Shown one piece after another: positions 1 through 13,383 of a stretch of 64,000 bases of DNA. Within the stretch, counting starts at the first letter, position 1. Every line of letters starts with the position of its first letter. A model generated the notes under the pieces. The model worked only from the letters and a program-made list of their open reading frames with translations. It had not been told where the DNA came from and ran no database searches. Made by a program: the position numbers and the translations under genes. The stretch spans positions 1,054,001-1,118,000 of the forward strand of contig MU008168.1 in the NCBI GenBank assembly GCA_010909165.1, given 5' to 3'. The DNA comes from Anthoceros angustus (taxonomy: Eukaryota > Plantae > Anthocerotophyta).

Positions 1-10
1 TGATATGCAG

Positions 11-3000
11 GTACGGGATCCAATGCCTCCTGTGTTTTTCTTCCTGGTGGACGTGTCAATGAACGCTGTTCAAACGGGGGCTACAGCCGCAGCCTGCAGT
101 GCAATACATCGAGCTTTGGAGGACCTCCCGGTACTTGGTGGCTGTTGCTATGATATCTGATCTATGAGCATCTTATTGTCTCCTTTCACCCATTTTGACA
201 AACCATCCTCTTTCCAGGGAGGCGATCGGGCCAGAGTTGGTGTTGCCACGTTTGATACGTCTATACACTTTTACAATCTAAATAAACTCTTGCAGCAGGT
301 TATTTCCCACTATCAAGGTTTCTCTTGTTTCATGTTGGAGTTCCATGTTATCTGCTCTGCTCTTCCTGGTTGTGCATCAATCTTTTTTTGTCAGCTGACT
401 TTGTACATGGTGATGCAGCCTGCTATGCTGGTGGTTCCAGATGTACAAGATGTGTATACACCTCTGCACACGGATCTTATTGTTCCCATCGCTGATGTGA
501 GTTTATTATTGTGGATAGCAGCTACAATCTGCCTACATCTTCTCTTTATTCTTGGATCCTTGTTCTGACAGAGTTTGCATGAGTGATGGCCTTGGATATC
601 CTATGATGATGCTTCTGTTGTTTCCCAGTGTCGTGGGCATCTGGAGCAGTTGCTGGAAAATTTACCAAGCATGTTTCAAGACAATCCAATTCCAGACTCT
701 GCTTTCGGGGCTGCTATCAAGGTCCGTCAGACACTGCTGTCTGGCTGTTTCTCCTGTGTACAGTTTTGGTTCTTGCCATAAGTTTGTCTTTGGTGTGAGT
801 GCTCATTCCTACATTGGAATGATTTTTGATGGCTGCGCAGGGTGCTTATCTAGCCCTAAAGTCAACTGGAGGGAAGTTGCTAGTTTTCCAATCAGGTATG
901 GAGTACGAGTCCTTATTCTGGTTTCATAAGCATTGTGTGGATCTTTCATGTGCTGTGGTTCTCTGTCAGTAACAAAGCAAGCTCGTGGTTCCCCTATCCT
1001 GCAGTGTTACCATCTGTTGGGTTAGGTGCATTGACTGCAAGGGAGGTTGAAGGAAAGGTTGGCTTCACAGGCAATGAAAAGGTTCGACACGCATGTTGTT
1101 ATGCTGATATTAACTTCTATGTATCATGTGAGTCGCTTATCTTTTAATGTTTGTGTTTCAAGGAGGCGCACAAGCTACTCTTGCCAGCTGATAAAGTCCT
1201 AAAGACCATGGCTATTGAGTTTGCCGAGTTTCAGGTAAGGAATGTGGTTCCTAGCTAGGTGTTTGCAGAAAGTCTTAGGCGCTAGTTAGTGTTGGAAAGT
1301 GACTGAGGTGGGTGTGTCGCAGAGCTCCTGCACAATGAAAAGTTCTGACTGGTTACCCATGATAACACTCAGGTCTGTGTTGACCTATTTTTGACTACAC
1401 GGAGCTACGTCGATGTCGCATCTCTATCTGTTGTCCCTAGGACAACTGGAGGGCAGGTAGGCAGAAGAAATGGATTTGGACCATCGTGGATTCCCCTTTC
1501 AATGGAAAAGTCAGGGAGTTTGAAGGTTCCAGTGCTTTTACGAGTTGCTGCTTCAGTTGTAGTGAAAATTGATTGAGATGCTACGGGTGCAGATCTACTA
1601 TTATAACCAGTTCAATGCAAACATAGACTCTGCAAAGCTCTATAATGATCTTCGTTGGAACCTTACAAGGCCTCAGGGTCTGGAAGCTGTTATGAGAGTT
1701 CGATGCAGTCAGGTGGATTTCTGCGACTCTGCTATGAACAAGCTATTGGGATGGGTGGCTGCTGAGTTGACTGGTTTGCAGTCTGATCTGAACGTGTTCT
1801 TTTGTGCATTTTAGGGTCTTCAAGTACAGGAGTACTTTGGCAATTTTTGTAGGCGTACCATGACTGATGTCGATCTCCCAGCTGTAAGCGTTGGCTGGTT
1901 GTTGCTAGTAAGGGTAGCTCTTGATTTTGGCTCCCTGCCTTTTCTTGTTCCTGAACTGAATTGTGGTGGCCAGATTGACTGCGACAAGACTATAATGGTT
2001 ACCTTCAAGCACGATGAGAAGCTGCAAGAGGATGCTGAATGCTGTTTTCAGGTGAAGATGTTTTTGGTTGATCTAATCTATATGGCTGGCTGGAAGTCTT
2101 TTGAAGGCTTTGCAACTTCGTACTGTATTTACTGCAATTGTTGCATTGTAGCTTGGAATAAGCAAGGTAGAATCTGCTCCTACAGACATAGTATTATTTC
2201 ACAGACCTATTGCTGATTACCTTATTGCAGTGTGCACTGCTCTACACCACGTTATCGGGAGAGCGGCGCATCAGGGTGAGCACGCTCTCATTACCAGCTT
2301 CTGCTGTCTTGGTGAATCTATTCCGCGGAGCTGATCTAGACGCACAGTTCACTTATTTCTTAAAGAATGGTACGTTTGTGTTGTCCCACATCCTGCATGA
2401 ATCCTGTTTTCAAAAAAACTGCAGCATTCTGGAGCTGAGGTCCAACATTTGTGTGTGTGTGTTGCTGTGTACAAAATACAGCGGCAAACGATGTTACAAG
2501 CATCCCTTTGCTACAGGTAAAGGACAAAGTTGCCGAGGAATGTGTCAGCATTTTGTACACATACCGAAAATACTGTGCTAGTCAATCATCGTCTGGACAG
2601 CTTATACTGCCAGAAGCGCTGAAGCTGTTGCCACTCTACACTCTGGGTATGTCTTGGTTGATGACCTACTTTCTTGAGCCGTTTTTGGAAACATCCTGCA
2701 AAGTGGGAGAATGGAGACTTATCTTGCTACGCCTTACTTCATGCAGCTCTGACCAAGAGTCTGGGACTACGATCTGATGTCCGCATTGATGAAAGATCCT
2801 ACTGGCTCACGCGTGTCGCATTACTTTCAGCATCTCTGGCTGTTCCACTTGTCTACCCTCGCATGTTTGCCATTCATGACCTTGCAGCAAAGGTATACAG
2901 TCTTATAGCATTCACTCATGTTGGTGTCTTCCAAGGACCTTTCTGCACATAATCTATGGATAGAGTCATGAATAGCAGTTGTTTTCTGTGTATTGTGTTC

Positions 3001-3706
3001 TGTTAGGAGGAAGGAGGACAGGTGCTACCCACTCCTTTGCCATTGTCTAGTGACAATTTGGATCATGATAGTATTCTTTTACTTGAGAATGGAGAAGATG
3101 CATTTATCCTCGTGGCCAAAGCGGCATCAAGGGATACCCTTCATCAGCTCTTTGGTATCCAATCAGTCGATGATATAACGTCTGGACAAGTAAATAGAAC
3201 CAACCATCCTGGAAAATCAAGTAAAACTAACAATCTGACTTGCTTGTGTTTGTCTGGAAATTGTGCTACTGCTGATTGGCCTTGCCCTCTGCTTCACAGT
3301 TTTTGCTGCAACAGTATGACAATGAAGCCTCGAAAAGGCTGAACGAGGTTGTTAATGAGATTCGGCGGCAACGGAGTTCCTATTTGCGGTAGGTTTTTTT
3401 GTTGTTGTTCCATCTCCTTCATGGTCCTTGTGTTTGACCATGCATCTGACTACAAGATGCTCATTTGTGGCAGGCTGCGGTTGATTAAACGAGGAGATCC
3501 ATTAGGTGAGTTATTTTAAAGTCATGGAAGTAATTGTTTTGGGTTAAGGAATTTCCACAGAGTTGGCAAGCCCCTAAACCCTTGTTCTGCTCTTCGCAGA
3601 AATGTTGTTCTTCTCCCTTTTGGTGGAAGACAAATCTCAAGAGATATCATATGTGGAGTTCCTTGTTCGTGTCCATAAACAGATTCAAGTTAAGATGAAG
3701 CCATGA
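11..3706 (+). CDS. SEC24: COPII coat subunit SEC24 (SEC24C/CEF-like), multi-exon, 5' part lies outside the window
   Basis: Spliced exons read VRDPMPPVFFFLVDVSMNAVQTGATAAAC, GAYLALKSTGGKLLVFQS, LRWNLTRPQGLEAVMRVRCSQ, QCALLYTTLSGERRIRVSTLSLP, GQLILPEALKLLPLYTL and end YVEFLVRVHKQIQVKMKP* (TGA 3704-3706). GT-AG introns lie between the exons. Confidence 0.92.
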
Positions 3707-4113
3707 CTAAACTGTGTATTTTCACAGCAATGTCTAGTAAGGATGAGTGACTTGCTGTGCTTAGACGGGGATCTTTGCTCATGGTGGTTGAAAATCTAGG
3801 CAAAAGAGCCAAGGTTCAGGTTATCCCCTTTTGTATACCATTATTTTTTGGTGCTTCAATTGGAAAGTACTGCAGTGGGAAAGAAGTGGATGATGCTTGG
3901 CTTGAAGGTTGAAGGTGTGCTGCTTGCGTTGCCTGGTTTTCTTTGGTCAGTTGAGGGTCGTGTGTATGCCCCTACAGTTTTCGAGTCTGGATTGATACAG
4001 GAGAAAGAAAAGAGGGCGGCTTTGCAAGACCAGTATCAAGCCCTTCCCTGGCTCTTACACTGAGGCTGCCCGAAGTGTAAGTACTATTTTGTAGTAGAGG
4101 AAGGTGATTATAG

Positions 4114-4322
4114 TCGTCCATACATCTAGATACCATCTCAATTTTGTTTCTATGGTCAAAATTTCAATCGTATCTGGCTACTCTTTCTTTCAAGTGATTT
4201 ATCTCATCTGCCTACTTATTTTCTGGACCCAGCCCGAAGTATGTTCAAAGTTGTAGTGAAAGTGCTCTTTTGTAATAGATGATAGTAATTAATCGTCCAT
4301 ACATCTAGATACCATCTCAATT
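4114..4322. repeat. 30-bp exact direct repeat pair (4114-4143, 4293-4322)
   Basis: TCGTCCATACATCTAGATACCATCTCAATT occurs twice, 179 bp apart. Confidence 0.9.
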
Positions 4323-4802
4323 CATTCTTCTGAACACTCTATTCTCAGACTACCACGAACCTGTTATCCTTCTTCTGGAGAAGGCGCATGTGCATCGTGC
4401 AACGTGCTGTTACGCCAACGACAAACATTGACCTCGCTGTTCCTGACGTCATGTTTGAAATGGTTCGAGAAAGTTGATGTATGGTCTAGAGGGAGTGATA
4501 TGCATGCCTTACAAAATGGTCGGTTGGTAAGAGCAAACTTGTACTTGGTCCAAGTCTTAATAGCAGACGTGTTGCTCACTGGACTCTTGTCACAACTCGA
4601 TCTCTGGATAGGTTATTGTTGACTGCCCTAATTGGGCGGCAACAAGAGTAGCGGTATCCAAGGTTTCTAAACTTCAGAGAAGTGCAAATGGGCCACAGAG
4701 AAGTGCAAATGGGCCACTTCTTTATGGCAATTGCTGAGGAGACTAATGTAACTCTTAGCAAAAACCGCTTAAACTAATTCATACATTTTTTGGGTTATCA
4801 TA

Positions 4803-5370
4803 AATGTGTGTCCAAATGGCTTAGGCGAAATGGACACATTTATAAGGTGCTTATAAGGAGTGGGGGTTAGATCGGTACTTAGATGGGCTGCCTAGAAGGA
4901 GTGGGGGTTAAGCCCTAGAAGGAGTGGGGGTTAAGCATCATGGGCTTCGATCGGTACATAGATGTAGTGGGGTGCTTAGAAGGAGTACGGGTTAAGTATC
5001 TTGGGTTTAGATCAGTACTTAGATGGAGTGCGTTGCTTAGAAAGAGTGGGGCTTAGATTTATACTTAGATGGGGTATTTAGAAAGGGTGGGGCTTAAATC
5101 GGTACTTAGATGGAGTGCCAAGAAGGAGTGGAGCGCCTAGAAGGAGTGGGGCTAAGATCGGTAATTAGATGGGTGGTAAAAATGAGTGAGGTGCGTAGAA
5201 GGAGTGGGGCTTAGATCGGTACTTAGATGGGGTGCCTAGCATGAGTGGATGTTACAAGGTGTTAAACATCCTGCACTTAGATCAGTACTTAGATGGGGTG
5301 CCTAGAAGGTGTGGATGCCCTTGGAACATCGTCCTGTGTTTAGATCAATACTTAGATGGGGTGCCTACAA
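4803..5370. repeat. Imperfect ~40-bp minisatellite with a flanking hairpin; member of a dispersed repeat family
   Basis: About 9 copies of a consensus near GATCGGTACTTAGATGGGGTGCCTAGAAGGAGTGGGGCTTA, preceded by the inverted repeat TGTGTCCA...TGGACACA. Related sequence occurs at 15050-15270 (inverted) and 56120-56200. Confidence 0.85.
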
Positions 5371-5856
5371 GAAGAAATCTTCTTCAATGTATATAACTTT
5401 TATATTTGAGTTTTCATGAAAGGATTAATTTTTTTTTCTTTTTTCCTTCTAAGCAAAGCTCCATCTTAATTTTACTTAAAATTTTCTAATAAACTAAATT
5501 ATAAAAAGTTAAGTGTAATCAGAAATCTTTTCAAATCCGCCAAGAGACCTTTGAAATTCTATATGGAATCTCCGGTTTGAAAGACATGAGCGTGGGACAA
5601 AGCTAGTGCATGAGAGATGACTGTAGGGTCTAGCCTGTGCGTATATTCAATACACATGTTAGAATAACATAATAGATGCCCTTCGCCCCACCTACATACA
5701 TACATACATACATACATAATGTCTGGAGTGAGTGGGTTGAGGAAGTTGTAGGCCGGGTTTAGGATGTAATGTCATGTCGTCATTGCACTGTGATAGTACT
5801 AGGTGCAATTGCCTGGGAGACCGCCCTAGCATCGGACGAGCTTCGTAGTTTTTGTT

Positions 5857-8800
5857 TCAGGTCGAACAACTCCACCTGCAAGGTTTCACACTATCAGCTT
5901 GCAGGTCCTGAAGGCACTCGCAAATCAGAAGTAGGAGAAGTAGTCTCTCTATTTTCATCAACGCTACCTGATGTTCAAATATTTTGGAATGGAACTCGGT
6001 TATCTGCAATTCTTTGGCTTGAAGCTCCTGTATAGTGGAATGGCATCGGTCAGCAAAGGCGACGAGCAAATGGGTCTCGCATACAGAAAGGCGTAGTGCC
6101 ATACCCTTTGAGTTTCTTTGAGAGTCGTCTTCATCTGAGCAAGTTCCTTCTCCATCTTTGTCTTCTCTTCAGAGCTTGTCTGCGACTGGCACCTTGCTGC
6201 CTCCTGCTTGTGCATGGCTCCTAACACCTTCTCCTTCAGCTCTCTCTTTTCCTTGAGGGCAGTCGCCAGCTTTTCCTCTAAGACAGCCTGGCTGTTTAGG
6301 GCAGCTTTCAACCGCTGCTCTTGCTCCTCCAGTTTCTTCTCCAAGTCCTTTGTTGTTGTGTCCGTGTCCAAGGACTTGGCTGCACACAAGCTTTCTGTTT
6401 CTTCCAACATCCTTCCCTGGATCGCCAGTTTCTTCTCCGCCTCCTCCTTGAGCCGGAGAGTAGATCTCAACCTCATTTCTGCACTCTCCTGAAGCTGGGA
6501 AGCCACTTGTAGCTTCTTGTCGATCTCCTCGAGTGCCTTGAGGCTGGCCTTGAGCTTGGTCTCCATCTCTTTCTTGTTTTTCATCAGATTGAACACTTCT
6601 TCTTCCAGCTCGTCGATGGAGGCCATGGCAGACGTAAGCTTCTTCCTCATCTCCTCCTTCTCTGTCACAACTGCTTGGAGAGTTTTGTTGGCTTCGTAAT
6701 TTGTACTACGGGCCTCTGCCAGCTTGCCCTCCAGTTCTTCATTGATGCGCAGAGCTGTGAGGAGTTTATCGTGGAATTCAGCAGCTTGTGTTCTCCTCAT
6801 GCCATCCGAAGACGGTCTCGTATCCAGCGAGCTCATGTCACCAGCTTGCAGCTTGCGATCTTGCCACGATCCCTCAAGGTGTTCCTGTGCCTTGCGGCTG
6901 CCACCATTGGAATTGAAACTGTCACCATGGAAGTAGTCTTTGCTTGTGGTGCGTCGCGGCTCCTCCTCACCTTCGTACTGACCAGAACGCAGCATTGGCA
7001 ACACGTGAGTCTTCTTTAGTGGCCAGTTCTCCATCCCTTCTACACTGGCACCAGCTGCCCATGAATTCACAGGGAGAGACATACCTGCTCGAAGTCCTGA
7101 TTGTGCTGGTGACCTGAGTAGCCAGCTCTGAATTCTCTAGAGTCATCCACAAGCGAGCCATGGCCCTCCGACTGCGCAACAGAATAGACATCTTCCCTAT
7201 CCTGGTTAAATGCCACATCTTCTTCTTGGCCTGGACGACACGCGTCCCAGCGCAGGACGGCTGTTTTTGGGGATGGCGGGCTGAGATCCTGTCCTTCTGG
7301 TAGCGGTCCCAAGGGGGGAGCGGGTGGGAAGTTGAGGGATATGGAGAGGCTGTTCATCGATCCCTCCGACTTGCAGTCTTCCCCTGGCCGACCACCGACC
7401 CGTGGATGTGGTTGCACCAGCAATGCGTAAACCTGTGTGCAATGTTTTGCGTGTTTGAGATCATTCGTGCATCGCTAGGGACGAAGCCAGGAAAATGGTA
7501 GATGGTGAAGCTCAACCTGGTTGCTGAGGGATGCTCCATGCCCTCCAAAAGCCAGAAGAAAGGTCTTGTTGCTGCTTCGGACTTTCACCACACTGAGACC
7601 CTGAAAGCAAGCGGCAAGCGTAAAAACATTCAATTCTTCGCCGTTGGACATGTTGCAGAAGATTTGCTTCAACAGAGTACGTTGATCCTGGACCACACTC
7701 TTGGCAATCTGACCCCTGCAGCCGGTACTCACATCATTTGCAAGCGGTGATCCCGACCGAACGTTGTTCACCACCGACCATTCACGCTTCTCCAGATCAA
7801 ATGCTAGAGTCTCCTGCACTTCTGCAAATTGGAGGACAAAGGCGATGGAAGACCGAGGTGTGGAAGCACCCGGATCAGAGTGTCAGTAGCTGATCAAGCA
7901 TCACATGTGTTGATTTCAAGGTGAGAGAGAGAGAGGATCAGACCTTCGCCCCTGGACTCTCCCCCTACGATAAACCACTTGGATCCTGCAATGGCACCAG
8001 CTTGGCCTGCTCGTGGTTTGGGACTTGCTCCTCTCACTTTCTCCCGTGTCCATTCCATCTGCAATGGCCCAGGTGCGTGAATAGGCAGGCTGGCTGGCTG
8101 GAAGGTTGCAACGAGAGGTGGAAGATGAAGCAGACTCACAGTTTGGAAATCCAAGCAATGCACGTCATTGAGGTATCCGGCCCGGGACTTGCCCCCAAAC
8201 ACCCACATGTAGCGATCGCCGTAACAGGCAGCAGAATGGTCTCTCCGCGGTGCAGGCTTGGGTCCTCTGCAAAAAGAAGAGCTTCTGAAGGGTCCGCAGC
8301 CACAGTGTGACTTGTGAGCACGCCCAACTTCAAGTGGAGGCAATGGGGCACCTACGTGGTCTTGAGAGGAAGCCAAACCAGGTGCTTGAGGTCGAAGATG
8401 TGCAGGTCGTTCAAGATCCTGCCCTTGACATCTTCCCCTCCAAACATGATGAGCATAAATCCCACTTGTACGATGGTCTGCCCGCACCTTGCCGTCTGTG
8501 ACACTTGACCACATGTATTAATAATCAGTGTGGCCAGCTCAGTCTCAAGGGATCTGGATGAGCTCAGCTCAGTTTATGTCATGTGAATCCATTCCCCGCC
8601 ATGCCATATTACAGCTTGATTGAGTCACAGTCACAGTCACAGTTACTGCAGGCAGATCTACATACCGGTACATCACCCTTGGGGCAGACCAGGGACCAGC
8701 AGTGACTCTCCAAATTCAACCTGTGAACTGCAATCCGCAGGCTGTTTGTTCAGAACACATGTGTATAGAGATCTGCCTGGCCAGAAATTGTGTCAAGATT

Positions 8801-9633
8801 CAGAAACTCTGGACAACGTCCTGGTGTGCGATATCCTACCCGTGACTGAGAGGGAGGAAGGCTGGCTTTGCCCACCCACAACGAACAGCTTCTTCTCCCA
8901 GATCACAACTTGGTGGCCCATGCTTTGTGGGCCCCTCTCCACCGGCTGCAGATCTTCACCGGGAGATCGCTTATTTTCATTCCCCTGGCCGTGCCAGTTC
9001 AACCTCAGCCAAAGCCGCTTCTCTGCATGGAGCACCTGTAGGCCACACGCCACGGGGACGGTACTCGGAACCTCGCCGTCGAATGTGATGCTGAGCACGT
9101 GCAAAGGATGTATCACCACCCACCTGTACATCGTCAAGTAACCCGTTTGCGGAAGATCCACCCAGAACGAACATCCTGCGGCCCGCAATGGCTGCCGCGT
9201 GCTGTGATTGCCATGCCACGATTCAATCGTTGAGACGCCACTTGCGACGTCCAACAAGGTCGAGGTCGATCATCGATGGAGCGAAATGCAAACACATACC
9301 TTGGCCCGAGGACATGGGGGGGTGGAATTCACGAGCAGGAGCAGCTGACACCATTCATTTGGAGTCTGGATCTCATCCAGAGACTCCACGCTGCTGTTGC
9401 TCTTGGGCTTGTCCCGCCGCATCGGCACCGGCCGATACTCCTTTCAAGTCACAGCACCAAGCGTCAGTTCGGCGATGGTGAAGCTGCGCCGCGCCCCGTT
9501 TAATCAAACAAATCCAACACAACATGACAGCGTGTCTGTGTCTGGGCTGTACACTGAGGGGGCCGCTGTGGGAAGCCAGCTTGAACACGCTCCTGGAGAG
9601 CTTCTCAGCGGAGGCAGCGTCTCCAACTCCCAT
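5857..9633 (-). CDS. Kelch-repeat protein with C-terminal coiled coil (ACBP4/5- or Rab9-effector-like kelch family), multi-exon
   Basis: Kelch blades HAAAIAGRRMFVLGGSSANGLLDDVQV, GHQVVIWEKKLFVVGG, MFGGEDVKGRILNDLHIFDL, RDHSAACYGDRYMWVFGGKSRAGYLNDVHCLDF and PRAGQAGAIAGSKWFIVGG. A long E/K/L-rich coiled-coil exon lies at about 6100-7080. The start (ATG 9633) and last exon are inferred by eye. Confidence 0.8.
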
Positions 9634-10848
9634 GGAGAAACAATGGAGATGGGAGGAAGGAAGGCGACGGAGATGGTCAGGATACAAGCGCCAGGAAGCA
9701 AGCGCCAGGAACCGGGACGGCACTTGGCCTTCGGCCCAAGGCGAGGTGCCCAAGGTGGTATGACCCACTTTTGGGCGACAAATGCCATGCTCCCTGCTCT
9801 CATTTATTAACGGCCACCACAGCTGCTACTTGTACAAATCTGGATTCTGGTGGAACATAGTTTGTGCCATCATAAGCAGAGCATAGGCCAGGCTCCTCCA
9901 CTAGCATCCGACGTGAGACGCTGCTTGAGACGGTTCACACGGTCCAGGAATCCGACAGCCGCGCTTCTTGCATCGAAGACATGGGTTCTTTTCGGTCTTC
10001 TCGCCTGGGTAACATCCATCGCCACTTGAGTGTGAGAGTGGGTACCGGGCAGATGTTCCCGTGTGCCTCGATCTGCGTCAACCTGTACAACTTTTGGTCA
10101 GTCTTTGTCCATGAGACTACTGTACCGGCTATCGGACATGACAAATGAGAAAGATGATGCCCGGCAGTGCAACCATGCCGATATTGGATCACCTGCAGAC
10201 TGCGGAGCATCACTTCACACACTGTTTCGTGCTTCAATGGAAACAACTGTTCCAAGAACCGAGCTAGGCCTGCAACATGAACTGATCATGCTGTTGATAT
10301 ATCGGATAGGAAACAGTTTTTTCTCCAGTTATCCACGACATACTTGAAAAAACTTTCATTAAGATTGTCTTACCTGCAAAGCTTATCTCCGTCTTGCGCC
10401 CCTTGGCCTGGGTCTCGCTGAAGGAGTCTGCTGCTACACAAGACAAGCCGCCATTTCAAGCATGACACTCTAAATCCAGGATGCTCCAACCCCACAGAAG
10501 AACGGTTGGTAGAGAGAACGAAACCCACACAATGATGGGCAGTTACTTCTACACCTACTTAGCTGAGTACAGAGAGAGCTATGGGGAATCAAACTTCCAC
10601 GAACAGTTACCCACAAATCCAGAAGGGGTAATTTACATTTCTATGCATGCTACTCATGCATGTAAGCTCAGTGGTCGGATCTAGATCTCTTTCAGTAAAA
10701 ACCCAAAAGGTAGACAAGGGAACGGGGTGCTAAGCTGAGACAATGCATGGTTCACAGAGCTAGTATAAGTTTACAATGTTATCCACAATATAACACAGGT
10801 GCAACTACGCCACCACCTACTGTCCAGTACTTAAAAGGAGAAACTTAC

Positions 10849-12967
10849 AGTTGATGCAAGTCCTGAACCCAGGAGTGAACCTCCGGTATTAGGAGCACCT
10901 GCAGACAAGCGCATCCAACTCAAACCACTGAAAACACCCTGATCCTGAGAACCCTGCGGCTGGCAAACTGACAAGGATGATTTCAAAATTTACCGAACGC
11001 AGGTGATGGGGTGCCAAACAGGTTCGATGAAGTTTGTCCAAACAAACCGCCACCTGGTGCTGCGCCAAACGGACTAGCAGTGCCGGGAGTTGGAGTTGCA
11101 CCGAATGGGGTACCAGTGCCAGGGGCAGGAGTCGCACCAAATGGGGTACCAGTGCCGGGACCTGGAGTTGCACCGAAGGGGGTAGCAGGAGTACCTCCGA
11201 AGAGGCTCCCTGGTGTAGAAGCTGGACAAGAGCGTGACAAAAAGTGTTAGCAAAGGCATGTGAAAACAACTGCTGCCAGTAAAAGCAGGAGACAGAAATG
11301 AAGCAACCTGTCGCACCTCCACCAAATGCCAGTCCAGGAGACGGTGAAGGAGTTCCAAAAGAAGGCGCAGTAGACCCAAACAATGATGGCGTTGTGGACC
11401 CAAAAGTCGGGCCCGATGGAGTTCCGAACAACCCAGGGTTTGAGGAGCCAGGTAACCCAGGCGTTGAGGACCCAAATAACGATGGCCCAGGGGAAGGGGT
11501 TGCAGCCGCTTGACCGAACGATGTTTGGCCCCCAGCTCCAAAGAGAGATTGCTGTGCAGGAGTCGCTGATGTCCCAAACATGGATTGTCCTGACCCGAAT
11601 AAGGAGGTTGAGCCGGCTGGTGCTGGAGAGGGATTCCAAGCTGTCGAAGGGGTAGCCTGCTGGTTACTTGCGAACATAGAGGGACCCTGCAATGCCCCTA
11701 GTTGACCTGTGGCAATGTTCATGGAAGTTGCATTCAACGTCGGGTGCACGCGCCTCGCAGCAGCTTCTTGCTTGGCGGCCTCTCGTCTGTCAGCCTCAAC
11801 AAACGGATCACTATCATCCCCCCTGCGACGTCTATCTGCAAGAAATGCAGTCCGCAAGACTCCCATTTGTTGGTGAAGAGCCTCCACCTGGGTAAACCAG
11901 TAACAAGCAGCACCGGTCGCTAAGAACTCAAAGTAAACAGTTTCTCCACAGAAACTGTGCAGCTTAAAGAGCCAAGAGACTCACCTCCGCAGCAACGTGG
12001 ATGAAAAAGTCGTGCACATTGGACATGACTGTTGGCAAAGACTGAAGCATAGAGTACTCAGCACCGTTGGTACCGTTTTCCTTGTCCGCACCAGACAGGA
12101 GCAGCCGCTCCAGCTCTTCGATCCTTTGCCGATATTCTGACAGATCATGCTCGAACCTGGCCACGGTCTGCTGCAAAAATGGAGACGGCTTCACGGGCAC
12201 GCCACAGTAAAACTCCACTGCAGGTGCTGGCGCCTGCGAGGGAGGTGGCGCAGCAGGCGACATAGCAGCCGAGAAGAGGAGAGAAGCTGGAGCAGCCGTT
12301 GTTACGGGAGCAGCGGATGCAGTGGCAACCGAGGGCCGGACAAGCCGCTGGCGAAGAATTGTGAAGGAGCGCACAGCAACCTCTGCATTGCGAATCAACT
12401 CCTTGGCCACATGCATGAGGTCCTGCACAGAGGTGTGCTCGCGGTCCACGGCAGCCGAGATGCCACTCAGCTCCTGACAGCCCACAGAAGGAATTCAGGG
12501 GTAACGCAAAAAAAAAAAACCAGTGCGCAAGGAACCCTCGCCTCACCCCACCCCGCCTGCACACTCGTTCCGCACCTGACAAATTCGAGCTGCATCAGCT
12601 TCGAAGCCTTTGTGCAGCGCCGAAGTGTCGTAGAGGCGCTGGCACTGGTCCAGGCGCAGGCTCTCGTCTCTGTACTCCAGAATCCGTGCTCTGCAATAAC
12701 ACCCAAGGCCTCTGAGAGATCGATGACAACCCCTCCTTGCAAAGCATGAATCCATGTCAAGGGCACTCACTCTATCTCCAGCAGCAGGCGTTGCGAATCG
12801 GGATGAATGTCGCTCCACTTGGCCTGGTAGGAGAGCGGATTGCCGTCTGCGCTGGCCAGGTGCAAACCTTGTTGCTGTTGCTGTTGCAATTGCTGCTGCT
12901 GCTGCTGCTGCGGACTCAGAAAGGGAGACAAATTGGATCCAGCTTGCGGGAATTTTAAGAAAGACAT
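10849..12967 (-). CDS. NUP58: Nucleoporin NUP58 (p58/p45) homologue; 3' terminal exon not resolved
   Basis: MSFLKF...polyQ...AKWSDIHPDSQRLLLEIE / RILEYRDESLRLDQCQRLYD / NAEVAVRSF / PSPFLQQTVARFE / HDFFIHVAA, followed by SLFG/PFG repeats, match the plant Nup58 layout. Confidence 0.87.
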
Positions 12968-13106
12968 TCTTCGCACAGCTCCAGTGTAATCGCTGGAGCT
13001 ACAGGCGGCGGCTCATCAACAGCAGCTCGAGCGGGCGCTCGCTTGCTTACTGCTGCTGATGAGAGAACACTTCCACGGCAGAGAAGACTAACAACACAGC
13101 TCCCTA

Positions 13107-13115
13107 AAACCCTAA
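13107..13115. promoter_or_regulatory. telo-box (AAACCCTAA) about 140 bp upstream of the NUP58 ATG
   Basis: Exact motif in the short nad7-NUP58 intergenic region. Function is inferred from known plant telo-box promoters. Confidence 0.45.
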
Positions 13116-13383
13116 TTTCGCACCCTGCAGCTACACAGAATTCAAAGCAGGCGGGAAACCGGAAGTCCCGGGGATTACCGGTCAGAATTCCTGAATGCCA
13201 GCAGCGTGACAAAGACTCAGGCTACAAACATAATATAATCATAGGTGAGATTGAGAGGAGACTGCTTGCTTGCATTTGCTTCCTTTGCTTGCATTTGGAA
13301 CAAGAATGAAGATTTGTTACATACAAAAGAAGAGCTCGGAGAAGGCGTGGTGAGCTACACATGTGCACTCCGGCCGCTGTAGG

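Noticed and set aside
4855-5370. Minisatellite considered as a CRISPR-like array
   Set aside because: Eukaryotic context, degenerate adjacent units without unique spacers, and no cas genes.
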